DNA of 64,000 bases from an uncultured Verrucomicrobiota bacterium (GCA_903939515.1 CAJAHH010000010.1:204604-268603), one strand, 5' to 3'; counted from the stretch's first letter, positions 48,979 through 59,560 are shown. Numbers and translations: made by a program. Notes: generated from the sequence alone by a model not told the origin.

Positions 48979-50490
48979 ATGAATCCTCGGCGCCACTTCC
49001 TGAAGTCCCTAGTGACGGCTCCCGCTGTCTCCGCCTTGGCTGCCGCTCAGGCGCACGCCGCAACCGCTTCTCCGAAAACAGCCCTCTCTGGAAAACGCCC
49101 CCTGGCCTCGGGCACCCCGCGGCGCATCATCCACATGGTGGTCGATGGGATGAGCTCTGGAATCCTCGCCTGCGCCAACCAGTATTCGGAGCATGTCCGA
49201 GGACGTCCCCTGACCTGGTTTCGCCTCATCGATCAACCCTCGACCCGGCAGGCGGTCATGAACGTGCGGTCGCAAAACTCGCTGGTCACCGATTCGTCGG
49301 CCTCCTCCTGCGCCTGGGGCAGCGGCGTGCGCATTCCCAACGGCAAGGTCAACCAGACAAGCAAGGGAGAGAAGTTAGTCACCCTCTACGAACTCCTCGG
49401 ACAAGCCGGTTGGAAGCGGGGCTTGGTGACCACCACTGAAATAACCCATGCCACACCGGCCGGATTCATCGCCTGCGTCAACGCCCGGGGGAGCGGTGAT
49501 GACATTGCCACCCAGTATCTCGAGCGACGGATCGACCTGGCCCTCGGCGGTGCGAGCAACCACTTCCGGGCCGATAAGCGCAAAGACAAACGCGATTTGC
49601 TCGGAGACTTCCGCCGCCTCGAATACGCCGTGCTCCGGTCCCCCTCGGATCTCGCCTCGGCCCCGCGGGACCAGCGTTGGTTGGGCGTGTTCTCCGAAGG
49701 CCATATCCCCTACGTGGTGGACCAGCAGGGAGGCCTCACGAAAGTTGCCCCTACGCCCTCGCTGGCCGCGATGACCCGGGCCGCGCTCCGACGGTTCACG
49801 CACGAGGAACGATTCATCCTTCAGGTCGAAGGCGGCCGGGTGGACCACGGTTGCCACAGCAACGACGCCGCGGCGGCCGTCCACGAAATGATCGCCTTCG
49901 ATCAAGCCATTGAGGTTTGCCTCGAGTTCCAGAAGGACCATCCCGACACCTTCATTCTCATTACCACCGACCACGCCACGGCCAACCCCGGACTCAACGG
50001 ACTTGGGGAGACCTACGAAAAGACCAACGCCGCCTTCCACAATTTGACGAAGGTGCGTCAATCCGTCGGCGAGATCCTGAACCGCCTGCGGACCGCCGAG
50101 AACCGCACACAGGCCGCGGCGCGCCTCCAGGAATCCACCGGCTACGCGGCCAGCACCCGACGAATGGAAACGCTCGATCCGTTCCTCAAGAAAAAGGGTT
50201 ACGCACTCTTCGACGCGTTCAACTCGGACACCTGCGCCTTGGGTCAAGTGTTGGCCAACCACACCGGCATTGCCTTCACCAGCGGCAATCACACCTCCGA
50301 TTACGTGCCCGTGCTGGCCATGGGACCAGGCTCGGATCGCATTGAGGGATTCCTCCAGAACACCGAACTCTTCAGCCACTACCTCGACTTCGCCGGGCTC
50401 TCCTTCCGCAATGCGCAAGAACCCCTAGTGGCCGGCGCCTGCCAGGCCGCACCGACTGAGAACACCGCCGAGTACTTGCACACGGCCTAG
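48979..50490 (+). CDS. alkaline phosphatase (PhoA family) with a Tat signal
   Basis: The twin-arginine leader is MNPRRHFLKSLVTAPAVSALAAAQAHA. The metal-binding/active-site regions are HMVVDGMSSG, VTDSSASS, EGGRVDHGCH and TTDHATANP. Confidence 0.85.
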   Translation: MNPRRHFLKSLVTAPAVSALAAAQAHAATASPKTALSGKRPLASGTPRRIIHMVVDGMSSGILACANQYSEHVRGRPLTWFRLIDQPSTRQAVMNVRSQNSLVTDSSASSCAWGSGVRIPNGKVNQTSKGEKLVTLYELLGQAGWKRGLVTTTEITHATPAGFIACVNARGSGDDIATQYLERRIDLALGGASNHFRADKRKDKRDLLGDFRRLEYAVLRSPSDLASAPRDQRWLGVFSEGHIPYVVDQQGGLTKVAPTPSLAAMTRAALRRFTHEERFILQVEGGRVDHGCHSNDAAAAVHEMIAFDQAIEVCLEFQKDHPDTFILITTDHATANPGLNGLGETYEKTNAAFHNLTKVRQSVGEILNRLRTAENRTQAAARLQESTGYAASTRRMETLDPFLKKKGYALFDAFNSDTCALGQVLANHTGIAFTSGNHTSDYVPVLAMGPGSDRIEGFLQNTELFSHYLDFAGLSFRNAQEPLVAGACQAAPTENTAEYLHTA

Positions 50491-50571
50491 TGAACGGTAT
50501 CGAGCGGGGCAGATCCGAGGTGCGACTCCGAGAAACCCCGAGCGTCTCGGACTAGATCAAGTAAACACCCT

Positions 50572-52167
50572 TCACAAATCGACCCACCAGATGTGGGACA
50601 TCCGGAGGAGAATTTGCAGCACGGCCAAAGCCATTGACCGTCTCCCCTGCGAAGAAGAGTTCGAGGTGGCCAGAAACTCCTGCCACGTCGAGGTCTCTGG
50701 CGCGATCTCTGGCGCGGGGATCGGCGGCAACCGATCGCCGTAATAATCCGGCTTCTGCGGATCGGTCTTGAGCAGCAGTTCTTCGTAATCGGTCAAACCG
50801 TCTCCGTCGGCATCGTAAGTGTTCACCGTCAGGCTGACTTCGTCGCTCCAAACAAACCCATAGAGATTGGTGACGCGCACACGATACCGGCCATAAGCAA
50901 AGGGGCGGACATGTCGCAGGACCAGGCGTTCACCGGTCTCTTGGGGTAAATTCTTTCCGTTGAACTGCCACTGGTACCGCAACACGCCCGAGCCCTGGCT
51001 CGACACCTGAAACACCACCTCGGGTTCCCCCTCCGCCACCTCGATCGGAGCGGGCTGCAGTACAATGCTGGGGGGCGTCAACGGGTAGACCGTGAGGAGG
51101 GCTGGCTCGCTGAAAATAGCTCCCTGAGCATTTTGCACGAAGACTCGATAGCGCCCCCCATCGAGGGACGGCGCCACATTGCTCAAGGTCAACTCAGGGG
51201 CCGTTGCTCCCGGAAGGGTCAACCCATCGCACTGCCACTGAAAGGTGGCTGGCAGGCCTACTTGCGCTACCACGCGGAACGTCACCTCACGCCCCTTCTC
51301 CACGGACTGAGCCTGAGGCTGAAGGAGGAGCACCGGAATCTTCTCAATGCCCACAGTGTCCTGGGCGTAGAGATTCAAAACCTCTTCCGGTGGCAGCGCC
51401 CGATTGAACAGTCGCAAAGTGTCGATTTCTCCCTGCAATCGCCCATGAGCTGTGCCTGAGATGCCTCCCAAGGTCAGGGGTGTCTTTAGTTGCAGTGGAT
51501 TCACGCGAATTGGAGCAGCCCCCACCGCTCGCCCATCCACCCAAAGTTGAACCACCATCTCCTTCTCATTGGTTTGTGTGGAGCGACTAAACACCACTAC
51601 CACATGACGCCAGTCATTGGGGCTTTCTGGAAAACCGAAACCCAGTTCATCCCCCATGCCACCCGAGACCATCAGCCGTTTCCCATCCGTGCGAATGGAG
51701 AAACTCGACTGTTCTGGGACAGACTCCCGGGCACAGCCCAGCAGGTATCCTTGGATCGGGCAGCGCATCCACAAGGACACCGTCGTGCCGCGATACCCAT
51801 TGGGACCAAATCCCGCCAGCGACGGAATGGTGATACTGACATTGCTGCCGCCCAGACTCAGCACCTGACTAGGAGCGATCTTCCGCGTGGATAAAAACCG
51901 CAGAGTTCCCCCGACCGGATCACTCACCGCATGACGCTGGAATCCGCTGACATCCTGCAAATCCCCATCGAAGGGATAATACGCCACCAGACCGAGAGGT
52001 GGAACCGAGGCAGTTGGTGCACCCCATCCTCGGTAGGCGATCAAAAGGCCCAAGAAGATCGGAAACCACCGTCGAAGAGCCTGATGAATCAGAACCTTCG
52101 CAGCAGAAGGTTGGGCTCTCCAAAACCGGGGGAGAACGCAACCAGGATGGCTAATAACATTGGGCAT
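50572..52167 (-). CDS. secreted LamG-like lectin domain + two Ig-like domains + Asp-rich calcium-binding-like motif protein
   Basis: Concanavalin/LamG-like N-terminal half (LVAYYPFDGDLQD, DTLRLFNRAL). Two Ig-like repeats follow (FQWQCDGLTLPG, YQWQFNGKNLP). It ends with DADGDGLTDYEE. The ATG at 52165-52167 was verified. Confidence 0.7.
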   Translation of the reverse strand: MPNVISHPGCVLPRFWRAQPSAAKVLIHQALRRWFPIFLGLLIAYRGWGAPTASVPPLGLVAYYPFDGDLQDVSGFQRHAVSDPVGGTLRFLSTRKIAPSQVLSLGGSNVSITIPSLAGFGPNGYRGTTVSLWMRCPIQGYLLGCARESVPEQSSFSIRTDGKRLMVSGGMGDELGFGFPESPNDWRHVVVVFSRSTQTNEKEMVVQLWVDGRAVGAAPIRVNPLQLKTPLTLGGISGTAHGRLQGEIDTLRLFNRALPPEEVLNLYAQDTVGIEKIPVLLLQPQAQSVEKGREVTFRVVAQVGLPATFQWQCDGLTLPGATAPELTLSNVAPSLDGGRYRVFVQNAQGAIFSEPALLTVYPLTPPSIVLQPAPIEVAEGEPEVVFQVSSQGSGVLRYQWQFNGKNLPQETGERLVLRHVRPFAYGRYRVRVTNLYGFVWSDEVSLTVNTYDADGDGLTDYEELLLKTDPQKPDYYGDRLPPIPAPEIAPETSTWQEFLATSNSSSQGRRSMALAVLQILLRMSHIWWVDL

Positions 52168-52310
52168 CACCGCAATCCGGATTCCGTAGGGGACCTGGTA
52201 AGAAAGCGCAACACTCCAGATTCTCAATCACTCAACAGGATCGCCCGCACACCACGGCCACTCTTCACCCACCGAACTCATCAGAGTCCGACACCCCGAG
52301 CGTCTCACGA

Positions 52311-53561
52311 TCACTTGCGAAAATGGCGCTCTGCGAATCCCAGAAACTGCTGCCAATCGTAGAGTTCTACCGAGTGGCCACCGGGTCGATTATGGTAGGC
52401 AATGTCCCCCTCGTTGATCGCGACCCCAACAGCAGGTGGCGTTGGCGAATCCAACCCCTTCTTGCCGAGCAATCGGTACACCTCCGAGGCATGATGAGCT
52501 GAAAGGTATTCCCCATCGGGATCCGCCCAGAGGTCCTCCACCCCGCTGGCGACATACAAGGGCCGCGGTGCGATGCATGCCAATAGCTCGTGTTGATCGA
52601 CGGGCAAGTCGTCCTCATTGCGCGCAAACCGGGCGGCATTCCGGCACAACCAATACGGGAAGCGTGTGACCATTTTCTCCATGTTCTCGCCAAAATTGCG
52701 TTTCCACAGAGCGGCCCCGCCACAACCGGATTGAGCCGAGATCACCAATGCAAAGCGGGTGTCTTGGGCCGCGGTCCAAAGAGCGGTCTTGCCCATCTTG
52801 GAATGACCCATGATCGCCACCCGCCGGGCGTCCACATCCGGGTCCGTTTCGAGGTAATCCATCGCCCGGGATCCACCCCAAGCCACAGCCGAAATGACGC
52901 CCCATTCGAAGGACCTAGGGAAACTCTGGTGCTCGCGATAAAACAGCGGGTGGATTCCCTTAAGAAATTCCACCTCGTTGTGTCGAACCAGATCCGATTG
53001 AGGCACCACCACAAAACCAAATCCCCGTTGCAGCAGTTCACCAATGGGCACTCCGTTGCGCAAGTAGCCGGGTCGATCGGGATGCGGATCATGACCATCG
53101 TCCCGCGTGCCAGAAAAGCTGTGGAGCATGAACACCGGAGCCGGCTTACCGCTGCCATTGGGTGTGATGACCAAAATCCGCAAATCCACCTCTCCCTTCG
53201 CATTGTGGAAGCGAAGTCGGATATCTTTTCGGGTGGCCTTACCGCCCATGAATTGCCGGTCGACCTTGAGAGTTTCAGTCTGAACCTGAACTGGCACTTC
53301 CGGTTTCGGCACGACGCCATAAATCAGGTTCCCGAAGAGCGCGATGAGTTGAGGGCGTCGAACCTGAAACCACTCCTGCGCCGTGGTGATAAGCCGACCC
53401 TCGGCCGAGACGAGCACCGGCGGCAACTGGTAGGGAGGCACCTTGGATTCGTCGCGAATGACATCCAGGTCACTGTTCTTGGGTTCCTCGGCCTGCAAAA
53501 CCAGCAGGCTCATCACCACGGCACCCACCCATCCCCAGGCACTCAATTTTCGCGGTCTCAT
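52311..53561 (-). CDS. alpha/beta hydrolase, glucuronoyl esterase (CE15)-like
   Basis: Signal peptide and the serine nucleophile context AIMGHSKMGKTALW, resembling the bacterial CE15 GHSRxGK motif. The length is about 416 aa. Confidence 0.6.
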   Translation of the reverse strand: MRPRKLSAWGWVGAVVMSLLVLQAEEPKNSDLDVIRDESKVPPYQLPPVLVSAEGRLITTAQEWFQVRRPQLIALFGNLIYGVVPKPEVPVQVQTETLKVDRQFMGGKATRKDIRLRFHNAKGEVDLRILVITPNGSGKPAPVFMLHSFSGTRDDGHDPHPDRPGYLRNGVPIGELLQRGFGFVVVPQSDLVRHNEVEFLKGIHPLFYREHQSFPRSFEWGVISAVAWGGSRAMDYLETDPDVDARRVAIMGHSKMGKTALWTAAQDTRFALVISAQSGCGGAALWKRNFGENMEKMVTRFPYWLCRNAARFARNEDDLPVDQHELLACIAPRPLYVASGVEDLWADPDGEYLSAHHASEVYRLLGKKGLDSPTPPAVGVAINEGDIAYHNRPGGHSVELYDWQQFLGFAERHFRK

Positions 53562-53695
53562 CTAATAAAAAACCCTCCCTGAAAGATCTTCGCCTGTCCC
53601 GTCCAATCCCGACAGGCCGCATCCATCCCTCACCCGTGCCCCAACGGGGCACCGCATACCATCGACATCCCCGTGCCCCACCCGTGCCCCCTCAA

Positions 53696-54259
53696 TTACC
53701 GCCCCGATTCCGACCAATCCCAGAGCACCACATCCCAGATCAGGCCGTCATATTCAATGGCGTGGATGACCTCGAAACCCACCTTCTGGTGCGCCTTGAG
53801 CGAACGACGATTGGCCCTCGCGATGTCGGTCACCCCGCACTGATAGCGCTCCTCTAACGATGCACGAAAAAAGGCATATAACCGGTCCACCAACCCCTGC
53901 CCGCGGTAGTCCTTGTCCACACAGAGTTGCCCCACCACCACGTAATTCGTTTCGGCCAGCAACGTTCCTCGATAGGAGATCCGGTCGATTTCATCGAACA
54001 AGTCCGAGATAAACGGCAGCCCCGCCCGCACCTCCCGGGTGACCACCAGCGCGTAACCCACCACCCGGCCGTCGTCCACGGCCACCACCGAGGGTCGCTG
54101 CACCTGCATTTGCCGGAGGTAGTCCAAATCGTATTCGGCGATCAAGAACCCCTGCTCTTCGGCTTCAGACTCGCTCAGACACCGCTTCAAGTTGCGCCGT
54201 TGCAACGCGAGGATGCCCTCCAACTCCGACACCTCTTGAGCGAGCTTGATACTGACCAT
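53696..54259 (-). CDS. GNAT-family N-acetyltransferase
   Basis: Acetyl-CoA binding region QLCVDKDYRGQGLVDRLY (Q/RxxGxG/A type). The ATG at 54257-54259 was verified. Confidence 0.8.
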   Translation of the reverse strand: MVSIKLAQEVSELEGILALQRRNLKRCLSESEAEEQGFLIAEYDLDYLRQMQVQRPSVVAVDDGRVVGYALVVTREVRAGLPFISDLFDEIDRISYRGTLLAETNYVVVGQLCVDKDYRGQGLVDRLYAFFRASLEERYQCGVTDIARANRRSLKAHQKVGFEVIHAIEYDGLIWDVVLWDWSESGR

Positions 54260-54345
54260 GGTTCGAATCCGTATTGAGGCGGCAGTGTGCACGCCCATTG
54301 GAGCGATCTTGCACCGCCTCACTCCCGCTGCCTAGCGTTTGGCCT

Positions 54346-55095
54346 ATGACGCGTCTGCGGTGTGGTTGGATGGGGGTCCTGATGTGGCTCCTGACCGGCT
54401 GCCTTTCTCACAAACATCCCGTCACACCACCCGCCCCGACGCCTCCCATGCGACTCCTCTTCGTGGGCAACAGCCTTACCTACTACAACGGCGGCTTGGA
54501 GAACCACGTCCGTCTGCTGGCCGCATCCGCAACCCCTCCTCGCATCCTCGTGGCCGATCGAGCCACTCAAGGAGGCGCCACGCTGCGTGTCCTCCACGGA
54601 TTGCCCTCGGTGCACGAACGCATCCACCAGGGACACTACGATCGAGTCATCCTGCAAGACGACATCCCGGAACTCACCGAGCACAGCATCACTGCCTTCG
54701 AAGAATACGCCCGACGCTTCGATCAAGAAATCCGATCCCATGGCGGACACTCGGTGCTCTTCATGGCCTGGCCCTACGAACGCCTCGGCTGGATCTCTCT
54801 CGAGCAAATTGCTGATGCCCACAGAACTCTGGGAGTGGAACTGAATGCGCCTGTCGCACCGGTGGGATTGGCCTTCCATCGTTCGCTGGAAGCCCGCCCC
54901 CAACTCGCTATGCTGGGCAAGGATCGGGAGCACGAAACCGTGCACGGAACCTATTTGGCCGCCTGCGTCCACTACGCGACCCTCTTTGGCGTTTCTCCAG
55001 AAGGACTACCCTACCGACCCGACGGGGTGTCTGCGGACGAGGCCTCGTTCCTGCAATCCATCGCCTGGCAGACGGTACAGGCCTGGTCTCGATGA
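54346..55095 (+). CDS. SGNH-hydrolase-like lipoprotein
   Basis: Lipobox LLTGC. LLFVGNSLTYYNG appears in place of block I GDS. RVILQDD is present. The ATG at 54346 was verified. Confidence 0.5.
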   Translation: MTRLRCGWMGVLMWLLTGCLSHKHPVTPPAPTPPMRLLFVGNSLTYYNGGLENHVRLLAASATPPRILVADRATQGGATLRVLHGLPSVHERIHQGHYDRVILQDDIPELTEHSITAFEEYARRFDQEIRSHGGHSVLFMAWPYERLGWISLEQIADAHRTLGVELNAPVAPVGLAFHRSLEARPQLAMLGKDREHETVHGTYLAACVHYATLFGVSPEGLPYRPDGVSADEASFLQSIAWQTVQAWSR

Positions 55096-55161
55096 GCATC
55101 ATCGCTCCGCGCGCTCAGCACCCCAACGCCCCACGTCACCCCAGGAACCCCGCCAGCCGCT

Positions 55162-56622
55162 TCAACCGATCGCACCCTCGATCAGCTCTCCATGAACATC
55201 GGTGAGACGATGATCTCGCCCGCCCGAGCGGAAGGTCAGGCGACGATGATCCACTCCCATCTGATGCAATACGGTGGCATGGAGATCATGCACTCGGCAG
55301 ATCTTGTCCACTGACCGGTAACCGAACTCGTCCGTGGCGCCGATAATGTTGCCACCACGAATCCCGCCGCCGGCCATCCACACCGAGAACCCGAAGGGAT
55401 TGTGGTCGCGACCGTTGGATCCCTGGGCAAAGGGCGTCCGCCCGAATTCTCCAGACCACACGAGCAAGGTTGACTCCAGCAAACCGCGCCGCTTGAGATC
55501 CAAGATCAGCGCCGTGATGGGTTGATCGACCGCCCGGGCATTGGCTTCGTGACCGGCCTTCAGATCACCGTGCTGATCCCAGCGGTCACCGATGGTCCGA
55601 GGGCAAGTGACCTCGATGAACCGGACGCCCCGCTCCACCAACCGCCGCGCCAGACAGCATTCGCGGGCATAAATCCGGGTCGGCTCGAACGGGCTGTCGA
55701 AACCGTAGAGCGCTTTTGTCTCAACACTCTCCCCATCGAGCGCCGCCAGTTCAGGAACTGCGGATTGCATGCGGTAGGCCAATTCGTGATTAGCAATCGC
55801 GCTCTCAATCGCCTCGGCCCCGGTGTCATGGGCGAAGGCCGAATCCAAGCGCCCGATGAGTTGACGCTTGCGTCGCTGAACCAACTCGGACTCCCGAGGA
55901 GTGGCGTCGGCGATGGCCTCACCCCGCGGACGCAAGATAGATCCCTGATGCCGCGCCGGCAGGAATCCGGCAGAAAAACAGTCCAGCCCTCCCGGAGGCA
56001 CGAGCCCGCCTTCCACCACAACAAAGCCGGGCAAGTTGTTGTTTTCACTGCCTAGACCATAGGACATCCAGGCTCCCATGGACGGCCGCCCAGGAATCCC
56101 TGAGCCCGTGTGCAGGAAATAATTGGCGTTGGTGTGTTCACTGAACTCGCTGGTCATCGAGCGGACCACGCACAATTCATCAGCCACCCGCCCGAGATTC
56201 GGAAACAGCTCTGAGATCGGAATGCCCGATTGCCCGTGTTGGCTAAACTTCCAAGGCGAGGCCAGCGTGTTGCCGTTGTTGTTGAATTGCGTGGGCGCCA
56301 TCGCCATCGGAAACGGCTTTCCGTGGTAATCGGCCAAACGCGGCTTTGGATCGAAGGTGTCCATTTGCGACGGACCCCCGTCCTGATAGAGAAAGATTAC
56401 ACTGCGAGCCCGCGCCCGGGAATGAGTCGAAGCCAAAACCCCTGAATCACGCGGTGAGCGACCAGCACCTTCCGACCCGGCACCCGACGCGGCGCCCGTT
56501 GGTCCGAACAAACCGGCCAATGCCAATAAACCAAACCCTCCGCTGGAAGCCGCCAGCATGTCGCGGCGGCTCATGGGCGTGGAGTGAAACCGGCCGCAAT
56601 GGTGAGTCCGGGGCGTGTTCAT
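55162..56622 (-). CDS. DUF1501-family (sulfatase-fold) protein with a Tat signal
   Basis: MSRRDMLAASSGGFGLLALAG twin-arginine leader. DGGPSQMDTFDPKP and the C-terminal GRDHNPFGFSVWMAGGG are typical of DUF1501. The ATG overlaps the upstream stop as ATGA (56619-56622, verified). Confidence 0.85.
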   Translation of the reverse strand: MNTPRTHHCGRFHSTPMSRRDMLAASSGGFGLLALAGLFGPTGAASGAGSEGAGRSPRDSGVLASTHSRARARSVIFLYQDGGPSQMDTFDPKPRLADYHGKPFPMAMAPTQFNNNGNTLASPWKFSQHGQSGIPISELFPNLGRVADELCVVRSMTSEFSEHTNANYFLHTGSGIPGRPSMGAWMSYGLGSENNNLPGFVVVEGGLVPPGGLDCFSAGFLPARHQGSILRPRGEAIADATPRESELVQRRKRQLIGRLDSAFAHDTGAEAIESAIANHELAYRMQSAVPELAALDGESVETKALYGFDSPFEPTRIYARECCLARRLVERGVRFIEVTCPRTIGDRWDQHGDLKAGHEANARAVDQPITALILDLKRRGLLESTLLVWSGEFGRTPFAQGSNGRDHNPFGFSVWMAGGGIRGGNIIGATDEFGYRSVDKICRVHDLHATVLHQMGVDHRRLTFRSGGRDHRLTDVHGELIEGAIG

Positions 56623-59480
56623 CGGAGGAAAACAAATTCTTTGGAGACGAAGAGCGCGTGATTCAAGGCCGCGTAGGCCGACCGCTCGCGAGCCAACGGC
56701 GACGTATCCGAAGACGCAGACCGCTCGGAGTCCAAGAACTCCAGGGCCATGCGAACTTCATCGGCTCGCGGCCACCGGGAGAAGGCTGAGAGCCACAGCG
56801 TTTCGATTCGCGCTCGATCTACATCGGCGGAAGCGGCGCCAGAAAAAGCGGCCTCTGGGAGGAGTGTTTCTGCCCAACGCCGGGCCATCAGATGAACCAA
56901 CTCGCTGTTCATTAGGGCCAGGGATTGTGCGGGCACATTAGAAGCATGCCGACGACCGCAAGTGCTGGCCGGGGACGGTTGGTCGAAGGCCTGCAAAAAA
57001 GGATCGAGAAAATTGCGCCGCGTCTCGAGGTACACACTGCGACGACGGGCCCCATCGATCGGCCCAGACTTCCCAGGTCGGCCGCGCCCTTGCATATGCT
57101 CGGTCAGGCGGGCCGGAACGCTGACACCTCCCGACGTGCGGTCGAGGGTGCCGGAGGCGGCCAGCATGGCATCCCGAATTTCCTCGGCATCGAGGCGGCG
57201 GACCGGCAGCGGCGACCAAACTTCGGCCGGGGTCTCGCCGGGATCGGCCGCAGCCCGATAGGCATGGGACAGAGCGATATCCCGAATGAGCTGCTTGAAG
57301 GTGTGGCCTCGACCCAACCGAGACGCCAAGTGGTCGAGCAATTCCGGGCTCCACGGCGTGCCACCGAGTTGCCCGAAATCATCGGGCGTCTCAACGATAC
57401 CGCGCCCGAACATTTTGAGCCAAATCCGGTTGGCGGTGGTTCGCCACAAGAACGGGCGACGCGGATCGGTGAGTGCGGCCACCAACGCCCGGCGACCACT
57501 GCCTACCACAGGTTCCTTGTCACGGGCACCGAGCAAAGACAATCGCGCCAGCGGAGCGGCCTCGCCCGGGCGGTGAGCCGCACCGCGAAGGTGAATCGAC
57601 TCGTCCAACGAACCTCCCTCATCGGCCACCAATGCTCGGATGGGCGGAGCACAGGCCAACAACGCATCCCGAGCCTCAACAACGCGCCGTCGTGCCTCGC
57701 CTAAGCCAGGCGCCGCTGCGTTCAGGCCGGTGGCCAACCCGTCGGCATCCCACTGTTCGGAGGGGGGCGGCGTGGGGGCATCGCTCGTAAAAATCGTATC
57801 GACCTCGATCCAACCCGGGCCGTCATCCTGCACCTCGAAGTGAACGCGTTCTCCAGCATAGCGAGAGAAGTCGAACGTCTCGATGCGCCAAGCCATCTCG
57901 CGCGGGTCTTTTTGGGCCTCCACCCCTTCGACGCGCCCGAGGCGACGACGGAACCCTTCGAAGAGCAGGCCCACATGCTTATCGAGCCAGTAGTTGTCCA
58001 CGACGGCACGGAAGGCGGCATCGCTACCCCGCAACCGGACGTGAAAATAGCGTTTTTGGATGGTGAAATCGGCCGAACGAGCGCTGCCGGCCAGCGGCAA
58101 CGCAAGGCGCGCGCTGTCGAGAGTGCCCGTCTCCGCGACCCGAAGCTCCCCAGCCGCCGTGAGAGCCAACTGAGAACCCGAGGCATCAAACGCATGTCCG
58201 CTGCGGGACCACCCCGCACCGCCCTGGGCCACGTCATCCAGCACCGTGACGCCCACAGCCTGGGTCGCACGAGTTACTCCGGAGACACCGGACATTTGAG
58301 CCACCGCCGCCAAAGACTTCTGAGCCGCCAACGCGCGGCCCGAAGTCTGCGCATCGGCATCGAGGAACCCCTCAATGCGTCGCGTGTTCCGGGCCACGCC
58401 CGACAAGGCATAAAAATCGCGGGTAGGAATGGGATCAAACTTGTGGTCGTGACACCGAGCACACGCGATCGACAACCCGAAGAGGCTCCGCCCCACCACA
58501 TCGACCGCCCCGGCCAATCGATCGGCCTCATCCTGACGGACATCGACAGGGGAATGGGTGGCAGGCCCCAGGAACCACCACGCCGTCCCGATGGGTGCGG
58601 CATTGGGAAGCCCCAAACCCGGCCGCGGCGGCAACAAGTCACCGGCCACCTGCTCGGCCACGAATCGAGCTAGCGGCAAGTCGGCATTAAAGGCCTCGAC
58701 CACGTAATCCCGATAGCGCCAGGCATAGGGAATATCGAAATCAAACTCATGGGCCATGGTCTCAGCAAAGCGGGCGAGGTCTAGCCAATGACGCCCCCAG
58801 CGCTCGCCGAAGGCCGGGTCTGCCAAATACCGCTCCACCCAGCGCGCATAGTGTTCGGGAGTGGGATCGGCTAAAAAGATCCGCACCTCTTCCGTCGTGG
58901 GCGGCAACCCCCGCAGGTCATACGACAACCGACGGAGCAACGCCGCGTGATCGATGTCCCGCGCCGGAGCCGGCAACCGCGCCGCCTCGCGGTTGGCGAG
59001 AACGAATGCGTCGATCCCACCCCAGCACCACTGCCCGTCACGAACGGAGGGCAAGGTAGGGTCTTGAAGAGCGCGGAACGCCCAGGGCTCAGCATAGCCC
59101 GCCCCGGCGGCAATCCACTGTTCCAGAGTACGCACCTCGTCCGAGGTCAACGGCTCCCCCTTCGGCGGCATGCGTTCGTCGGGATCGGAGTGCACCACCC
59201 GTGCCAGCAGCGGGCTGGAAGACGGCTTACCGGGCACAATCGCCACCCCACCCGATTTCAGAAGAGTCGTCGCACCCTCCACCGTATCTAAGCGCAACCC
59301 CGCCTTACGAGCCTCGGCATCCGGGCCATGGCACGCGTAGCACTTAGCGGCCAAAATGGGACGCACCGAACGAGTGAAATCCGGCCCTAAAGCCATCACC
59401 TGACCGGTCCCCAGAATCAGTCCCCCAAGGGCAAGGACGGTGCTTAGCCAGCAACCCATCGATGGAAAGACAGTGGACAC
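56619..59480 (-). CDS. PSCyt1/PSCyt2/PSD1 protein (planctomycete-type cytochrome c, DUF1549/DUF1553)
   Basis: N-terminal CYACHGPDAEARKAGLRLD haem motif, and CARCHDHKFDPI (DUF1549 region). The long DUF1553-type C-terminus ends in NHALFVSKEFVFLR. The start is GTG 59480 or ATG 59459. Confidence 0.88.
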   Translation of the reverse strand: MSTVFPSMGCWLSTVLALGGLILGTGQVMALGPDFTRSVRPILAAKCYACHGPDAEARKAGLRLDTVEGATTLLKSGGVAIVPGKPSSSPLLARVVHSDPDERMPPKGEPLTSDEVRTLEQWIAAGAGYAEPWAFRALQDPTLPSVRDGQWCWGGIDAFVLANREAARLPAPARDIDHAALLRRLSYDLRGLPPTTEEVRIFLADPTPEHYARWVERYLADPAFGERWGRHWLDLARFAETMAHEFDFDIPYAWRYRDYVVEAFNADLPLARFVAEQVAGDLLPPRPGLGLPNAAPIGTAWWFLGPATHSPVDVRQDEADRLAGAVDVVGRSLFGLSIACARCHDHKFDPIPTRDFYALSGVARNTRRIEGFLDADAQTSGRALAAQKSLAAVAQMSGVSGVTRATQAVGVTVLDDVAQGGAGWSRSGHAFDASGSQLALTAAGELRVAETGTLDSARLALPLAGSARSADFTIQKRYFHVRLRGSDAAFRAVVDNYWLDKHVGLLFEGFRRRLGRVEGVEAQKDPREMAWRIETFDFSRYAGERVHFEVQDDGPGWIEVDTIFTSDAPTPPPSEQWDADGLATGLNAAAPGLGEARRRVVEARDALLACAPPIRALVADEGGSLDESIHLRGAAHRPGEAAPLARLSLLGARDKEPVVGSGRRALVAALTDPRRPFLWRTTANRIWLKMFGRGIVETPDDFGQLGGTPWSPELLDHLASRLGRGHTFKQLIRDIALSHAYRAAADPGETPAEVWSPLPVRRLDAEEIRDAMLAASGTLDRTSGGVSVPARLTEHMQGRGRPGKSGPIDGARRRSVYLETRRNFLDPFLQAFDQPSPASTCGRRHASNVPAQSLALMNSELVHLMARRWAETLLPEAAFSGAASADVDRARIETLWLSAFSRWPRADEVRMALEFLDSERSASSDTSPLARERSAYAALNHALFVSKEFVFLR

Positions 59481-59560
59481 CCAGAAATACTACCATCGAA
59501 GGCCCACATTGGAAATGCCCATCATCCCCCAAACCCACCCCTTAAAGCAGCCGCCGCCGG

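Noticed and set aside
49375-50418. 347-aa minus-strand ORF within the alkaline phosphatase gene; similarly 52590..53582 within the CE15-like gene and 24750..25649 within aceE
   Set aside because: They are shadow ORFs opposite well-supported genes.
54260-54270. GGTTCGAATCC, the classic tRNA T-loop motif
   Set aside because: The flanking bases form at best a 4-bp T-stem, and no matching acceptor stem or anticodon arm lies upstream. The motif sits across the GNAT start codon region. It is not a tRNA.
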